From the NCBI GenBank assembly GCA_963779755.1, contig CAVZZO010000001.1, positions 256,001 to 320,000 on the forward strand: 64,000 nucleotides of DNA, written 5' to 3'. This document shows positions 36,544-46,602 of the stretch, piece by piece. The stretch is from an uncultured Gemmatimonadales bacterium (GTDB taxonomy: Bacteria; Gemmatimonadota; Gemmatimonadetes; Gemmatimonadales; GWC2-71-9). Under the pieces are notes generated by a model, which worked only from the letters and a program-made list of their open reading frames with translations, had not been told where the DNA came from and made no database searches. A program made the position numbers and the translations under genes. Numbering within the stretch: position 1 is the stretch's first letter; the number at the start of each line of letters is the position of its first letter.

Positions 36544-37376
36544 TGCGGGACGGTCGGGTGACCTGGGCTGGTATGGTACTGGCGCTTGCATTGGTGCTGT
36601 TGTCGGCGACGGGATCACGGCTCCAGGCACAGGAGGACAGCCGCCTGGTGGCGGCGGTGCGCCTGGCGCAGGACGGCCAGGGCGATTCCGCCCGTGCCCT
36701 GGTGCGACAGCTCCTGACCACGACCCCGGCCGCCGACACGCTTTATCCTCAGATCGTCTATACCATGGGGCTGGTGGCGCGGGACGCCGATGAGCGGAAC
36801 CGCGACTTCCGCCGGGTCACCGTCGAGTTCGCCAGCTCCTCCTGGGCCGACGATGCGCTGCTCGGGCTGGCCTGGAGCGAATTCGCCGCGGGCAATGCCG
36901 TGGGCGCCGCGCGCGACCTCGAGCGGCTCAGTGCTGATTACCCCCTGAGTCCATTGCTGCCTACCGCGGCCTATTGGGCGGCCCGGAGCTACTTCGAATT
37001 GAACCAGCCCGATACCGCCTGCGCCTGGCTGGCCCGGGGCCTGAGCGGGGCGGGGAATGATGTCGAGTTGAAGAACCGGCTCGACTTCTACGCCCCGCGC
37101 TGTGCGCCCGGCGCCTCGGCGGGCGGCGCCGCCGCTCCCGGTGCCCCCGCGACGGGCGGGTTCAGCGTGCAGGTCGCGGCGGTGGGTACCCAGACTGCCG
37201 CCGCCACCCTCCTGGCCTCGCTGAAACAGGCCGGCTACCAGGGGCGAATCGTCCACGAGTCCGGCCTGTACAAGGTGCGGACTACCGTCTTTCCCGATCG
37301 GGACAAGGCGCAGGCCGCCCAGGCCCGTATCCGGCAGCAGCTGGGCGGTGCGCCCTTCCTGGTCGAAGAGCCGTGA
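36540..37376 (+). CDS. TPR + SPOR domain exported protein
   Basis: Signal peptide, TPR-like helices (WADDALL, DYPLSP, AAYWAARSY), C-terminal FSVQVAA...YKVR SPOR pattern. Confidence 0.8.
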   Translation: MMRDGRVTWAGMVLALALVLLSATGSRLQAQEDSRLVAAVRLAQDGQGDSARALVRQLLTTTPAADTLYPQIVYTMGLVARDADERNRDFRRVTVEFASSSWADDALLGLAWSEFAAGNAVGAARDLERLSADYPLSPLLPTAAYWAARSYFELNQPDTACAWLARGLSGAGNDVELKNRLDFYAPRCAPGASAGGAAAPGAPATGGFSVQVAAVGTQTAAATLLASLKQAGYQGRIVHESGLYKVRTTVFPDRDKAQAAQARIRQQLGGAPFLVEEP

Positions 37377-39961
37377 CGGCTCGCGCCACCGAGCCGGCCG
37401 GCACGCCCCTGCTGCAGCAGTACCGCGAGATCAAATCGCGGCACCGCGATGCCATCCTGTTCTTCCGGATGGGCGATTTCTACGAGATGTTCTTCGACGA
37501 CGCCGAAATCGCCTCTCGCGACCTCAAGATCACCCTCACCTCCAGGGGCGACGGGGTGCCGCTCGCCGGGGTACCGGTCAAGGCGGCGGCCGACTATCTG
37601 CGCCAGCTGCTGGCCCAGGGCCACCGGGTAGCCATCTGTGAACAGGTCGAGGATCCGCGTCTGGCGCGCGGCATCGTCAAACGGGAGGTCGTGGAGACTC
37701 TCACCCCCGGAGCGCTGCTGGAGGACGCCTTCCTCGCCGGCAGCAGGAACAACTACCTGGCCGCCATGGCGCCGCTGGGCGACCGCATCGGGCTCGCCGT
37801 TGCCGACCTCAGCACCGGCGAATTCGTGCTGGAGAGTCTCGATCCCGCCGACCAGGGCGAGGCCCTGACCCGGTTCGCTCCTGCCGAGCTGGTGCTGCCG
37901 CAGGGCTTCGAGCCGCCGGCCGACTGCGTGGCGTTGCGCACCCCGCGCGAGAGATGGGAGTTCGATCCAGGCCAGGCGGAAGCCGATCTGCGCGAACGCT
38001 TCGGACTTGCCAGTCTGGACGGCCTCGGGCTGGGCCCGGATGATCAGGCGGCGCTGGGGGCCGCGGGGGCGTTGCTGCGGTATCTCTCCGAATTGCAGCC
38101 GGCCGGCATTCCGCATCTCAACCGGCCGGTGCTGCGGCGGGCCGAAGGGCACCTCTGGCTGGACGAGATGACCCGCCGGAACCTCGAGCTGGTAGAACCG
38201 TTGCGCGCCGGAACCCGGGGGGCCACGCTGCTGGAAACCCTGGATCACACCGTTACCCCCATGGGCGCCCGGCTGCTGCGCCGCTGGGTGATGTCGCCCC
38301 TGTGCGACGCGGCGGCGATCCGCTTCCGGCTCGATGCCGTGGAGGTCCTGGCGGGCGACGGCCCCGGCCGCGAGCGCCTGCGCGAAGCCCTGGCGGGTGT
38401 CCGCGATCTCGAGCGCCTGGCCGGCCGCGCGGCGGCGGGGCGGGCGAACCCCCGGGAGTTGGGCGGCCTGCGCGACTCCCTCCAGCGCCTCCCCGACGTG
38501 CTGGAGGCCCTCTCCGGCCTGCGCGTCGGCGAACGCAGCGAGGCGCTGGCCGGCGCCATCGATTCCTTTGACCTCCATGCCGAGCTGGCGAGCCTGCTCG
38601 GCGCCGCTCTCGCCGACCGGCTGCCGGCCACGCTGAGTGAGGGCGAGGTGATCCGGCCGGGCTACGACGGAGAGCTGGACGAGCTCCGCGGCCTGCGCGA
38701 GGGCGGCAAGCAGTACATTGCCGCGCTGCAGCAACGGGAGCGCGACCGCACCGGCATTCCCAGCCTCAAGGTGGGGTACAACAAGGTCTTCGGGTATTAC
38801 CTCGAGGTGACTCACGCGCACAGCGCCCGGGTGCCCGCGGAGTACGAGCGGCGGCAGACCCTGGCCAACGCCGAGCGCTACGTCACGCCGGAGCTGAAGG
38901 AGTACGAGGCCAAGGTACTGGGGGCCGAAGATCGCATCGGGACCCGCGAGGCGGAGCTGTTCCAGGCGCTGCGGCAACGGGCCGGCGGCGTCGCGGCGGC
39001 CCTGCAGCAGAGCGGGCGGACGCTGGCCCGTCTGGATGTCTGGTCATCCCTGGCGGAGGTGGCGGTGGGCCAGGCCTACGTGCGGCCCGAGGTGGACGGC
39101 GAGTTCGGGCTGCGCCTGCGCGCCGGCCGGCACCCGGTGATTGAACGGCTCATGCCCCGCGAGTCGTTCATCCCCAACGACGTGCTCTTCGAGGCCGGGG
39201 CGCGTGTCCTGCTGGTAACGGGCCCCAACATGGCCGGTAAGTCCACCATCCTGCGGCAGATCGGCCTCTGCGTGGTGCTGGCCCAGATGGGCTCGTTCGT
39301 GCCCGCGGCCGAGGCCCGGATCGGCCTGGTGGATCGTCTCTTCACCCGGGTCGGGGCCAGCGACAACCTGGCGCGGGGTCAGTCCACCTTCATGGTGGAA
39401 ATGAGCGAGACCAGCGCGATCCTGCACAACGCTACCGCCCGCAGCCTGGTACTGCTCGATGAGATCGGCCGGGGCACCTCCACCTATGACGGCGTGGCGA
39501 TCGCCTGGGCGGTCACCGAACACCTGCACGACCGCGTAGGCTGCAAGACCATGTTCGCCACCCATTACCACGAGCTCATGCAGCTGCCCGAACGGCTGCA
39601 GCACGCGCGCAACCTGAACGTCGCGGTGCGCGAGCAGGAGGGCAGGGTGGTGTTCCTGCACCGGCTGGAACCCGGGGGGACCGATCAGTCGTATGGCATT
39701 CACGTGGCGCAGCTGGCCGGGTTGCCCGACGGCGTGCTGGCCCGGGCCCGGGAGGTGCTCCACACGCTGGAAGGCGATCACCGGGTCCTGCCGGGCCCGC
39801 CGCCGGTGATCGACCCGGCCCAGCTGCAGCTCTTCCGCCCGCCGGCCGATCCCGATCCCATGCTGGAAGAGCTGCGGGCAATCGACGTGAACTCTCTCAC
39901 TCCGCTGGAGGCGCTCAACCGCCTGGCTGAGCTCACCCGGCGCGCCGGAAAGCGCCCATGA
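37373..39961 (+). CDS. mutS: DNA mismatch repair protein MutS
   Basis: TPLLQQY, FFRMGDFYEMF, TGPNMAGKST, STFMVEM, DEIGRGTST, FATHYHEL, SYGIHVA. Confidence 0.98.
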   Translation: MTARATEPAGTPLLQQYREIKSRHRDAILFFRMGDFYEMFFDDAEIASRDLKITLTSRGDGVPLAGVPVKAAADYLRQLLAQGHRVAICEQVEDPRLARGIVKREVVETLTPGALLEDAFLAGSRNNYLAAMAPLGDRIGLAVADLSTGEFVLESLDPADQGEALTRFAPAELVLPQGFEPPADCVALRTPRERWEFDPGQAEADLRERFGLASLDGLGLGPDDQAALGAAGALLRYLSELQPAGIPHLNRPVLRRAEGHLWLDEMTRRNLELVEPLRAGTRGATLLETLDHTVTPMGARLLRRWVMSPLCDAAAIRFRLDAVEVLAGDGPGRERLREALAGVRDLERLAGRAAAGRANPRELGGLRDSLQRLPDVLEALSGLRVGERSEALAGAIDSFDLHAELASLLGAALADRLPATLSEGEVIRPGYDGELDELRGLREGGKQYIAALQQRERDRTGIPSLKVGYNKVFGYYLEVTHAHSARVPAEYERRQTLANAERYVTPELKEYEAKVLGAEDRIGTREAELFQALRQRAGGVAAALQQSGRTLARLDVWSSLAEVAVGQAYVRPEVDGEFGLRLRAGRHPVIERLMPRESFIPNDVLFEAGARVLLVTGPNMAGKSTILRQIGLCVVLAQMGSFVPAAEARIGLVDRLFTRVGASDNLARGQSTFMVEMSETSAILHNATARSLVLLDEIGRGTSTYDGVAIAWAVTEHLHDRVGCKTMFATHYHELMQLPERLQHARNLNVAVREQEGRVVFLHRLEPGGTDQSYGIHVAQLAGLPDGVLARAREVLHTLEGDHRVLPGPPPVIDPAQLQLFRPPADPDPMLEELRAIDVNSLTPLEALNRLAELTRRAGKRP

Positions 39962-40356
39962 CCCGACGCTGGCTCTGTCTCCTGCTCCTGCTGCCGGCCT
40001 GTGACGGCCGGGCCGATCGCGATGCGGTCTCGGCACGCCCGCCCGACGGCCCGGACAACGCGCCGCCGGTGGCCCTCAACGCCGATAACCCGGTGACCTA
40101 TCCGCCCGACCTCTACGCCCGCGGCGTGGAGGGCGAAGTGAGGCTCCAGCTCTATGTCGACAGTTCGGGGACGGTGGTGCCGGACAGCACGCGCGTCGCG
40201 CAATCCAGCGGCTATCCCGCCCTTGATTCGGCCGCGGTGGCCGATGCCCCCCGGCTGCGGTTTTCGCCGGCGCTGCGGAACGGCAGGCCGGTGGCGGCCA
40301 CCTTCTTGCAACCCATACGCTTTCACCACCCCCAACGGGGAGGAAGCACTCCGTGA
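39958..40356 (+). CDS. Small TonB C-terminal domain protein, possible lipoprotein
   Basis: LLLPAC signal; YPP..GVEGEV, SSGYPALDSAA, FSPA..GRPV. Confidence 0.8.
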   Translation: MTRRWLCLLLLLPACDGRADRDAVSARPPDGPDNAPPVALNADNPVTYPPDLYARGVEGEVRLQLYVDSSGTVVPDSTRVAQSSGYPALDSAAVADAPRLRFSPALRNGRPVAATFLQPIRFHHPQRGGSTP

Positions 40357-41741
40357 GCCCACAGCACCTCGCACCCTATGACTCGGTGCTGGACACCATC
40401 GGGTGGACGCCGCTCATCCGCCTCAACCGGGTGACCGCCGGCCTGCGCACCCCGGTCTACGGCAAGGCGGAATACACCAATCCTGGAGCCTCGGTCAAGG
40501 ACCGGATCGGGCTCCGCATCATCGAAGCCGCCGAGCGCGCGGGGGAGCTGCGGCCCGGCGGCACGGTGGTGGAGGGAACCTCGGGGAATACCGGCGTCGG
40601 CCTGGCGATTGCCGCCGCCATCAAGGGCTACCGCTGCATCTTCACCCTGCCCGACAAGATGTCGCAGGAGAAGGTCCGGCTGCTCAAGGCCTATGGCGCC
40701 GAGGTCGTCGTGGTACCCACCGCGGTGCCGCCCGATCATCCGGACAACTACGTGATGAAGGCCAAACAGATCGTCAAGGACACCCCGGGCGCGGTGTTCG
40801 CCAACCAGTTCTACAACCAGCACAACCCGGAGGCGCATTACGCCACGACCGGCCCCGAAATCTGGGAACAGACCGGCGGCCGGGTGACGCATCTGGTGGC
40901 CGGCGCCGGCACCGGCGGCACGGTGAGCGGGGCAGGGAAGTACCTGAAGGAACAGAACCCCGCCATTCGCGTCATCGCCGGCGACCCGGTCGGCAGTCTC
41001 TACACCGGATACGCGCAGACCCAGACCCTGGGCGAGGGCCATCCGTACAAGGTCGAGGGCATCGGTGGCGACAAGGTCCCCAGCACCATCTGGTTCGATC
41101 AGATCGACGAGTTCCGCCAAGTTCCCGACCGCGACGCCCTGGTGATGGCGCGCCGGCTGGCGCGCGAGGAAGGATTGCTGGTGGGGGGCAGCAGCGGCCT
41201 CAACGTGGTGCTCGCGCTGCAGTTGGCGCAGGAAGCGAACGATGCCGACGCCCTGGTCGTCACCTTCTTCTGCGACACCGGCGAGCGCTACCTCTCGAAA
41301 ATCTTCAATGACGAGTGGATGCGGGAAAACCAGATGCTCGAGGCGCCCCGCACCACCGTGCTGGACCTGATCGGGGCGCGCACCAGCAAGGCCCCTGCGC
41401 TGGTGAGCGTCGCTCCCGCCTCGGCGGTGCGGCAGGCGCTCAACCTGATGCACACCTGGGAAGTCAGCCAGATCCCCGTCATGGACGGCGAGCGTTGCGT
41501 CGGCGGGCTGATCGAAGGAAACCTGATGCTCCACGCCCTGGAGCAGCCGGCCCTGCTGGAGCGCCCGGTGCGCGAGGTGATGGAACCCGCCTTCCCCGTG
41601 CTGGAAGCCGACACGCCGGCGGAACACCTGGGGCCGCTCCTCAGCCGGGAGACGCCGGCCGCTCTGGTCCGGCAGAACGGTAAAGTGGTGGGGATCGTGA
41701 GCCGGTACGACCTGCTGCAGGAACTGATCGCCAGCCGATGA
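40353..41741 (+). CDS. Cystathionine beta-synthase with C-terminal CBS domains
   Basis: IGWTPL, NPGASVKDR, EGTSGNTG, GAGTGGT, YKVEGIG, DTGERYLSK; CBS pair. Confidence 0.92.
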   Translation: MSPQHLAPYDSVLDTIGWTPLIRLNRVTAGLRTPVYGKAEYTNPGASVKDRIGLRIIEAAERAGELRPGGTVVEGTSGNTGVGLAIAAAIKGYRCIFTLPDKMSQEKVRLLKAYGAEVVVVPTAVPPDHPDNYVMKAKQIVKDTPGAVFANQFYNQHNPEAHYATTGPEIWEQTGGRVTHLVAGAGTGGTVSGAGKYLKEQNPAIRVIAGDPVGSLYTGYAQTQTLGEGHPYKVEGIGGDKVPSTIWFDQIDEFRQVPDRDALVMARRLAREEGLLVGGSSGLNVVLALQLAQEANDADALVVTFFCDTGERYLSKIFNDEWMRENQMLEAPRTTVLDLIGARTSKAPALVSVAPASAVRQALNLMHTWEVSQIPVMDGERCVGGLIEGNLMLHALEQPALLERPVREVMEPAFPVLEADTPAEHLGPLLSRETPAALVRQNGKVVGIVSRYDLLQELIASR

Positions 41742-42775
41742 CCATGCGTGTAACGGTCCTGGCCGGAGGGACCTCGTCGGAACGGGATGTATCGCTCGCT
41801 TCCGCCGTCCAGGTTGTTGCGGCGCTGCGGCAGTGTGGCCATCTGGTGTCGGTTGTGGACACCGCTCGCGGTTTCATACCTGAGCGGGAGGAAGCCGGGC
41901 TCCTGCGGGCCTCTGTCGGGGTTACTCCCCCCAACCCGGCGGTCCTGCGTGACCTGGAGCGGGGGGTTCTCCTGTCCAGCCTCCAGGATCTGGCGGTGGT
42001 CCGGGAGGCCGACGTGCTGTTTCTGGCACTGCACGGGGGCCGGGGGGAGGATGGCACGCTTCAGGCTTTGCTGGAGATCGTCGGGGTGCCCTATACCGGC
42101 AGCGGGCCACTGGGTAGCGGCCTCGCCATGGACAAGGACATCTCCAAGCGGCTCTTCACGCTGGCGGGGGTTCCCACGCCGGCATGGCGCATGATCCCGG
42201 TCACAGCAACGGCCGTCGCACGGGAGCTAGAATGGCCGGTAGTGGTCAAACCGTCCCGAGAAGGATCCACGGTGGGTCTTTCGGTCGTTCCAGACGAAGA
42301 CGGGCTCGAGCCGGCCATCCAGCTGGCGGCGCAGTACGATGACGAGGTCATGGTGGAAAAGTTCGTGCCCGGCAGGGAGTTGACGGTCGGTATCCTGGAC
42401 GGGGAAGCCCTCCCTGCGGGGGAGATTATCCCGCGGCACGAGATTTTCGATTATGAGTGCAAGTACACGCCCGGCATGTCCCAGGAGATCTTCCCGGCCG
42501 ACCTGCCGGCGGCGGTTCACCGGGAATGCGGCCGCCTTGCGCTGGCCGCGCATCAGGCTCTGAAACTCGGCAGCTATTCCCGGGTAGATTTCAGGTTGAC
42601 GCCCGACGGCCACCTGTTGTGCCTGGAGGCAAACACCCTGCCCGGCCTGACATCCGCCAGCCTGTTGCCGCAGGCGGCACAGGCGGCCGGCATTTCATTT
42701 CCGGAGTTGTGTCAGCGGATCTGCCGCAGCGCGCGGCGGCCGACCCGGCACCCGCAACGTAGGGGTACGGACTGA
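41738..42775 (+). CDS. ddl: D-alanine--D-alanine ligase
   Basis: GGTSSERDVSL, ALHGGRGEDG, AMDK, KPSREGSTVG, FDYECKY, RVDF, EANTLPG. Confidence 0.95.
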   Translation: MTMRVTVLAGGTSSERDVSLASAVQVVAALRQCGHLVSVVDTARGFIPEREEAGLLRASVGVTPPNPAVLRDLERGVLLSSLQDLAVVREADVLFLALHGGRGEDGTLQALLEIVGVPYTGSGPLGSGLAMDKDISKRLFTLAGVPTPAWRMIPVTATAVARELEWPVVVKPSREGSTVGLSVVPDEDGLEPAIQLAAQYDDEVMVEKFVPGRELTVGILDGEALPAGEIIPRHEIFDYECKYTPGMSQEIFPADLPAAVHRECGRLALAAHQALKLGSYSRVDFRLTPDGHLLCLEANTLPGLTSASLLPQAAQAAGISFPELCQRICRSARRPTRHPQRRGTD

Positions 42776-42779
42776 TCGC

Positions 42780-43625
42780 ATGAACGGCTCGCTCTTCCCC
42801 CGGCCGACGCCATGGGTGACCAGGCTGATCGCCGCAAACGTGGTGATGCAGCTGCTGCTGGCCACCGTGTTTACGGCGCCCGGTGTGCTGGACGGGCTGC
42901 AGTTCGCTCCCGGCTCCGCCCTGACGCAGCCCTGGACGTTCGTGACCTACATGTTCGTTCATGCCGGCCTGCTCCACCTCGCCGGAAACATGCTGGCGCT
43001 GTATTTCTTCGGTACGCCGGTCGAGAGCCGCATGGGCGGCGGGGCCTTCGTGTTCTATTACCTGCTCTGCGGGGTAGGCGCGGCGGTATTCTCCCTCGCC
43101 CTTTCGGGCATCTGGCACGTCAGCCCCTTCCTGGGCGCCTCGGGCGCGGTCCTGGGCGTGGCGCTCGCCTTCGCCATCTACTGGCCCGATGCAGAAGTCT
43201 ACATCTTCCCCATCCCCTTCCCGATCCGGGCCAAGACCCTGGTGGCGGTGCTGGCGCTGGCCTCGGCGTTCTTCGGACTGGTTCTGCGGAACACCGAAGC
43301 GGGGCACATCGCGCACCTGGCCCACCTGGGCGGCATCATCTTCGGCTATCTCTACTTCCGCTTCCACGCCCTGGCCCAGCGGGCTCCGGCGGCCTCGCCG
43401 CGCCAGGTGGAGCACGTGGTCATGGTCCAGTCGCCCGCGCGCGACGCCGAGCGGGCGCCCGCCAACCAGATCCATCGGCCAGAACCGAACGACGGTGAGC
43501 TGCTGTCGGCCGAGCTGGACCGGGTGCTGGACAAGATCAGCGAACGCGGCCTGGGCGGCTTGACGCCCGAAGAGCGCCGCTTCCTGGACGAGATGGCCCG
43601 GCGAAAGCGGCGCGGCCACTCCTGA
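42780..43625 (+). CDS. Rhomboid family intramembrane serine protease
   Basis: TYMFVH..LHLAGNM, GASGA, AHLAHLGG; C-terminal LDRVLDKISERG..L domain. Confidence 0.92.
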   Translation: MNGSLFPRPTPWVTRLIAANVVMQLLLATVFTAPGVLDGLQFAPGSALTQPWTFVTYMFVHAGLLHLAGNMLALYFFGTPVESRMGGGAFVFYYLLCGVGAAVFSLALSGIWHVSPFLGASGAVLGVALAFAIYWPDAEVYIFPIPFPIRAKTLVAVLALASAFFGLVLRNTEAGHIAHLAHLGGIIFGYLYFRFHALAQRAPAASPRQVEHVVMVQSPARDAERAPANQIHRPEPNDGELLSAELDRVLDKISERGLGGLTPEERRFLDEMARRKRRGHS

Positions 43626-43675
43626 TCTCCGCTTTCCCGCTTGCGCCTGGTGCGGCCCGGTGAATATTTGGCCGC

Positions 43676-44620
43676 GTGCTGATCAATCTCCTGCCGGCAT
43701 TCCTCTCCGTTCTCGACGCCGCCGACCCTGCCGCGGCCTACCGTCAATACCTCGATAATCACGCGCCGGTCCTGCGCGCCTACTGGCACAACTACGTGAT
43801 GGACCCGGACAGCCAGCCCGCGGGAGACCTGATACGCCAGACGATCGAGGCCGACCGGTCGGATCTCTGGGCGCTCATCGCATCGAGAGATATCCCGGCA
43901 CTGGCTGAAGACGCCCTGGCGCGGGCCCAGGAGACCCTCGGCATGGACCGGCCGGTCGACTGCTACCTCATGGTCGGCATGGGAGCGGCCAATGCGGGCG
44001 AGCTGGTGGTGGCAGGACAGGGTGCGCTCTTCATCGCACTGGAGCACTTCACCGGCCGGGCCAACCCCGAGACCTTCGGCCTGGGGCTCTCTCCAGAGCT
44101 GATCCCGCTCTGGATCGCTCACGAGTGCGCTCATCTCGTGCGCTACACCTCAGCCGAAAGCCGGAGCCCGCTGCGCGAGCTGATTGCCGCCATGGGCGGC
44201 TATTACGACTACTGGGAGACGGGGAGCCGCGCCTGTCTGCGCGAGCTGCTGCTCAACGAGGGCCTGGCGGTACACGCCAGCCAGGCCGTGTGCCCGGGCC
44301 TGCCGGCGCCGGAGTACTTCGGTTACGGGCGGCGGCAATATCATCGCCTGCGCGAAATGGAAGCGTTCCTCCTCCGGACCGCTGAACCGGAGCTGGACCG
44401 GGCCGCTCTGGGACTGAGACTGCGCTATCTCTCCGGGGGGATGAGCTCGCAGGCCCGGCTGGTAGGGGGGCGGGTGCTGCCGGAGCGCTCGGGCTATTAC
44501 CTGGGCTACCGCATGGCGGAGGCGCTGGTGGCCGAGCGCGGCGTCCCGGCGGCGCTGCGGGCGGAGACGAATGAGTTCCAGAGGGCACAGGGGGTGATCG
44601 AAGACCCGCAGAGCGCCTGA
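43676..44620 (+). CDS. Putative Zn-dependent protease-like protein
   Basis: WIAHECAHLVRY (HExxH), NEGLA, GYYLGY. Confidence 0.65.
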   Translation: MLINLLPAFLSVLDAADPAAAYRQYLDNHAPVLRAYWHNYVMDPDSQPAGDLIRQTIEADRSDLWALIASRDIPALAEDALARAQETLGMDRPVDCYLMVGMGAANAGELVVAGQGALFIALEHFTGRANPETFGLGLSPELIPLWIAHECAHLVRYTSAESRSPLRELIAAMGGYYDYWETGSRACLRELLLNEGLAVHASQAVCPGLPAPEYFGYGRRQYHRLREMEAFLLRTAEPELDRAALGLRLRYLSGGMSSQARLVGGRVLPERSGYYLGYRMAEALVAERGVPAALRAETNEFQRAQGVIEDPQSA

Positions 44621-44648
44621 GAGATCTTCCCGCCGAGGCTTCGGTTGC

Positions 44649-45233
44649 TCACGGGCCGATCTCGAAGACATCGGCGTGCGTCCACCACCGGCTTTCGGGA
44701 AATCTCCTTCCCAACTCCTTCCAGTAGCGCCGCAGATAGTCCAGGTCCGCCTTGTCCCGGTAATACCCGGCGACCCCCGCCCAGTAGAGCGCCTCGGCAC
44801 TGACCGGCGCCGGCGGCTCCAGATCGGCGACCGCCCGGAAACGCTCGTGGGCCTCGGCGTTGCAGCGTCGCAGCAGTTCCACCTTCCCCAGCGCCACCTG
44901 CAGCTCGGCCAGGAAATCGCGCGGAGGCTGGTAGCCCAGGAACCGCCGGACCTCCTGTTCCCGATGATCCAGCACCACGAACCCGGGAGACCAGAGGACC
45001 CGATAACGGCGTAGCACGGGCAGCACGGCCGGGTCGCGATCGGCCAGGCTCAGCGAGACGGGCACAACCTCCCGTGAGAGGAACCGCCGGACTGCATCGT
45101 CAGGATACGTCACGGTATCCATCGCCCGGCAACCCATTCACCCGGGTGCCGTAAGGGCGATGACCATGGGGCGTTCGTCGCGCACCGCCAGCTCCCGCGC
45201 GCTCTCGAGCCGTGAATGCCAGGGGATCGTCAT
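44649..45233 (-). CDS. Thioredoxin-fold + TPR-like protein with in-frame TGA (U-M-G-C): probable selenoprotein, 194 aa
   Basis: GGAGG RBS then ATG 45233: MTIPWHSRLESARELAVRDERPMVIALTAPG-TGA(45140-45138)-MGCRAMDTVTYPD... The TGA occupies the first Cys position of CxxC; downstream WSPGFVVLD and GYQPP fit the fold. Confidence 0.85.
45090..45137 (-). promoter_or_regulatory. Putative bacterial SECIS element
   Basis: Upper stem GGATAC-loop CGTGAC-GTATCC (45120-45103) starts 17 nt after the UGA; possible lower stem GGTTGC/GCAGTC; G at second loop position followed by U. Confidence 0.6.
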
Positions 45234-45269
45234 GGTCCGTCCTCCCTCCCGTCTTTCTCCCGCCCTTCT

Positions 45270-46592
45270 CTACTTCCCCACACAGAAGCTCGAAAACAAC
45301 CGGTCCAGCACCTGCTCGATATCTACGGTGCCGATCAGCGCGGCCAGATGCTCGGTTGCCTCGCGCACCTGATGGGCGGCGAGCACGGCGTCCCCACCCG
45401 GCTCCAGATGCGGCGCGGCGTGGTCCAGTGCCTGAGCGGCCCGTTCCAGGCCGACCCGGTGCCGCTCCCGGGTGAGCACCGGCTCGAGATCCAGATACTG
45501 CCCCGGTTCGGCGAACAGCAGCTCCACGCAGCGCCGCCGCAGCCGGTCCAGACCGTTCCCGCTCACCACGGAGACGCCGAGCTCGCCGTCCGGAACGGCG
45601 GCGAGGTCCGTCTTGGTCCGCACCAGCAGCGTCCGCGGGCCCAGCAACGCCCTCTCCGCCTCCTCGGGAGCGCGCCCGCTCTCGACGCAGAGCAGGACCA
45701 GGTCGGCGCCACCCAGAAAGCGGCGGCTCATGGCCACCCCCATCCGGTCTACTTCCTCGCTGAACTCCGCCAGCCCGGCGGTATCCACCAGCCGGACCGG
45801 CCAGCCGGAGAAATCGGTGTCACTCTCCACGGCGTCGCGCGTGGTGCCCGGCGTGGCGGACACCAGCACCCGGTCGCTCCCCAGCAGGGCGTTGAACAGC
45901 GAGGACTTGCCGGCATTGGGCCGGCCGGCGATCACCACGACGGCGCCTTCCCGTACCCGCTGGCCCGCCGGAGCGGTCCGCAACAGCCCGGCAACGCTCC
46001 CGCGGACCTCCCGCCAGGCCGCTCGCAGGCGATCGGCGGAGACCGGCCCGTCGTCCTCTTCGGGGAAATCCACGTCGTAGCTGAGGAGTGCCTGCAACTC
46101 CACCAGTTTCAGCCGCAACTCCTCCAGGCGCCGCGAGAGTCCTCCGTCGAGCTGGTGCAGGGCCAGCCTGGCCTGGGCGGGCGCGCCGGCATCGATCAGA
46201 TCCCCCACCGCCTCGGCCTGCACCAGGTCCAGCTTGCCGTTGAGAACCGCGCGGCGGGTGAACTCGCCCGGGGCGGCGGCCCGGGCACCGGCGGCCTGGA
46301 GTGCGGCCAGCACGGCTGCCGGCGCGACCGCTCCCCCATGGCAGATCAGCTCCACCATGGGCTCGCCGGTATAGCTCGCCGGGGCCCGGTAGGCCAGATA
46401 GATCCCCCGGTCGATCGCCTGGCCGGCCGGGGTGCGGAAACCGGCCAGCCGGGCCGTGCGCGGCGGGTCGGGGGAGAACCCCTCGATGACCCGCGCGGCG
46501 ACGCCGAAGGCGTCGGCGCCGGAGAGGCGCACGACCGCAAGCGCAGACCGCCCCGGCGGGGTTGCCAGGGCGGTAATCGGGTCGGAGAGCAT
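45270..46592 (-). CDS. mnmE: tRNA modification GTPase MnmE
   Basis: ATPPGRSA, SYTGE, CHGG, PGEFTRRA, GRPNAGKSSL, GTTRD, DTAG, FSSFCVGK. Confidence 0.97.
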   Translation of the reverse strand: MLSDPITALATPPGRSALAVVRLSGADAFGVAARVIEGFSPDPPRTARLAGFRTPAGQAIDRGIYLAYRAPASYTGEPMVELICHGGAVAPAAVLAALQAAGARAAAPGEFTRRAVLNGKLDLVQAEAVGDLIDAGAPAQARLALHQLDGGLSRRLEELRLKLVELQALLSYDVDFPEEDDGPVSADRLRAAWREVRGSVAGLLRTAPAGQRVREGAVVVIAGRPNAGKSSLFNALLGSDRVLVSATPGTTRDAVESDTDFSGWPVRLVDTAGLAEFSEEVDRMGVAMSRRFLGGADLVLLCVESGRAPEEAERALLGPRTLLVRTKTDLAAVPDGELGVSVVSGNGLDRLRRRCVELLFAEPGQYLDLEPVLTRERHRVGLERAAQALDHAAPHLEPGGDAVLAAHQVREATEHLAALIGTVDIEQVLDRLFSSFCVGK

Positions 46593-46602
46593 GGGTGGGC
46601 CT

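Noticed and set aside
45138..45140. In-frame TGA as a nonsense mutation or as genome-wide UGA recoding
   Set aside because: TGA is a normal stop in many genes here, so the code is standard; the position at CxxC Cys1 with a downstream hairpin favours Sec, though a pseudogene is not excluded without selABC.
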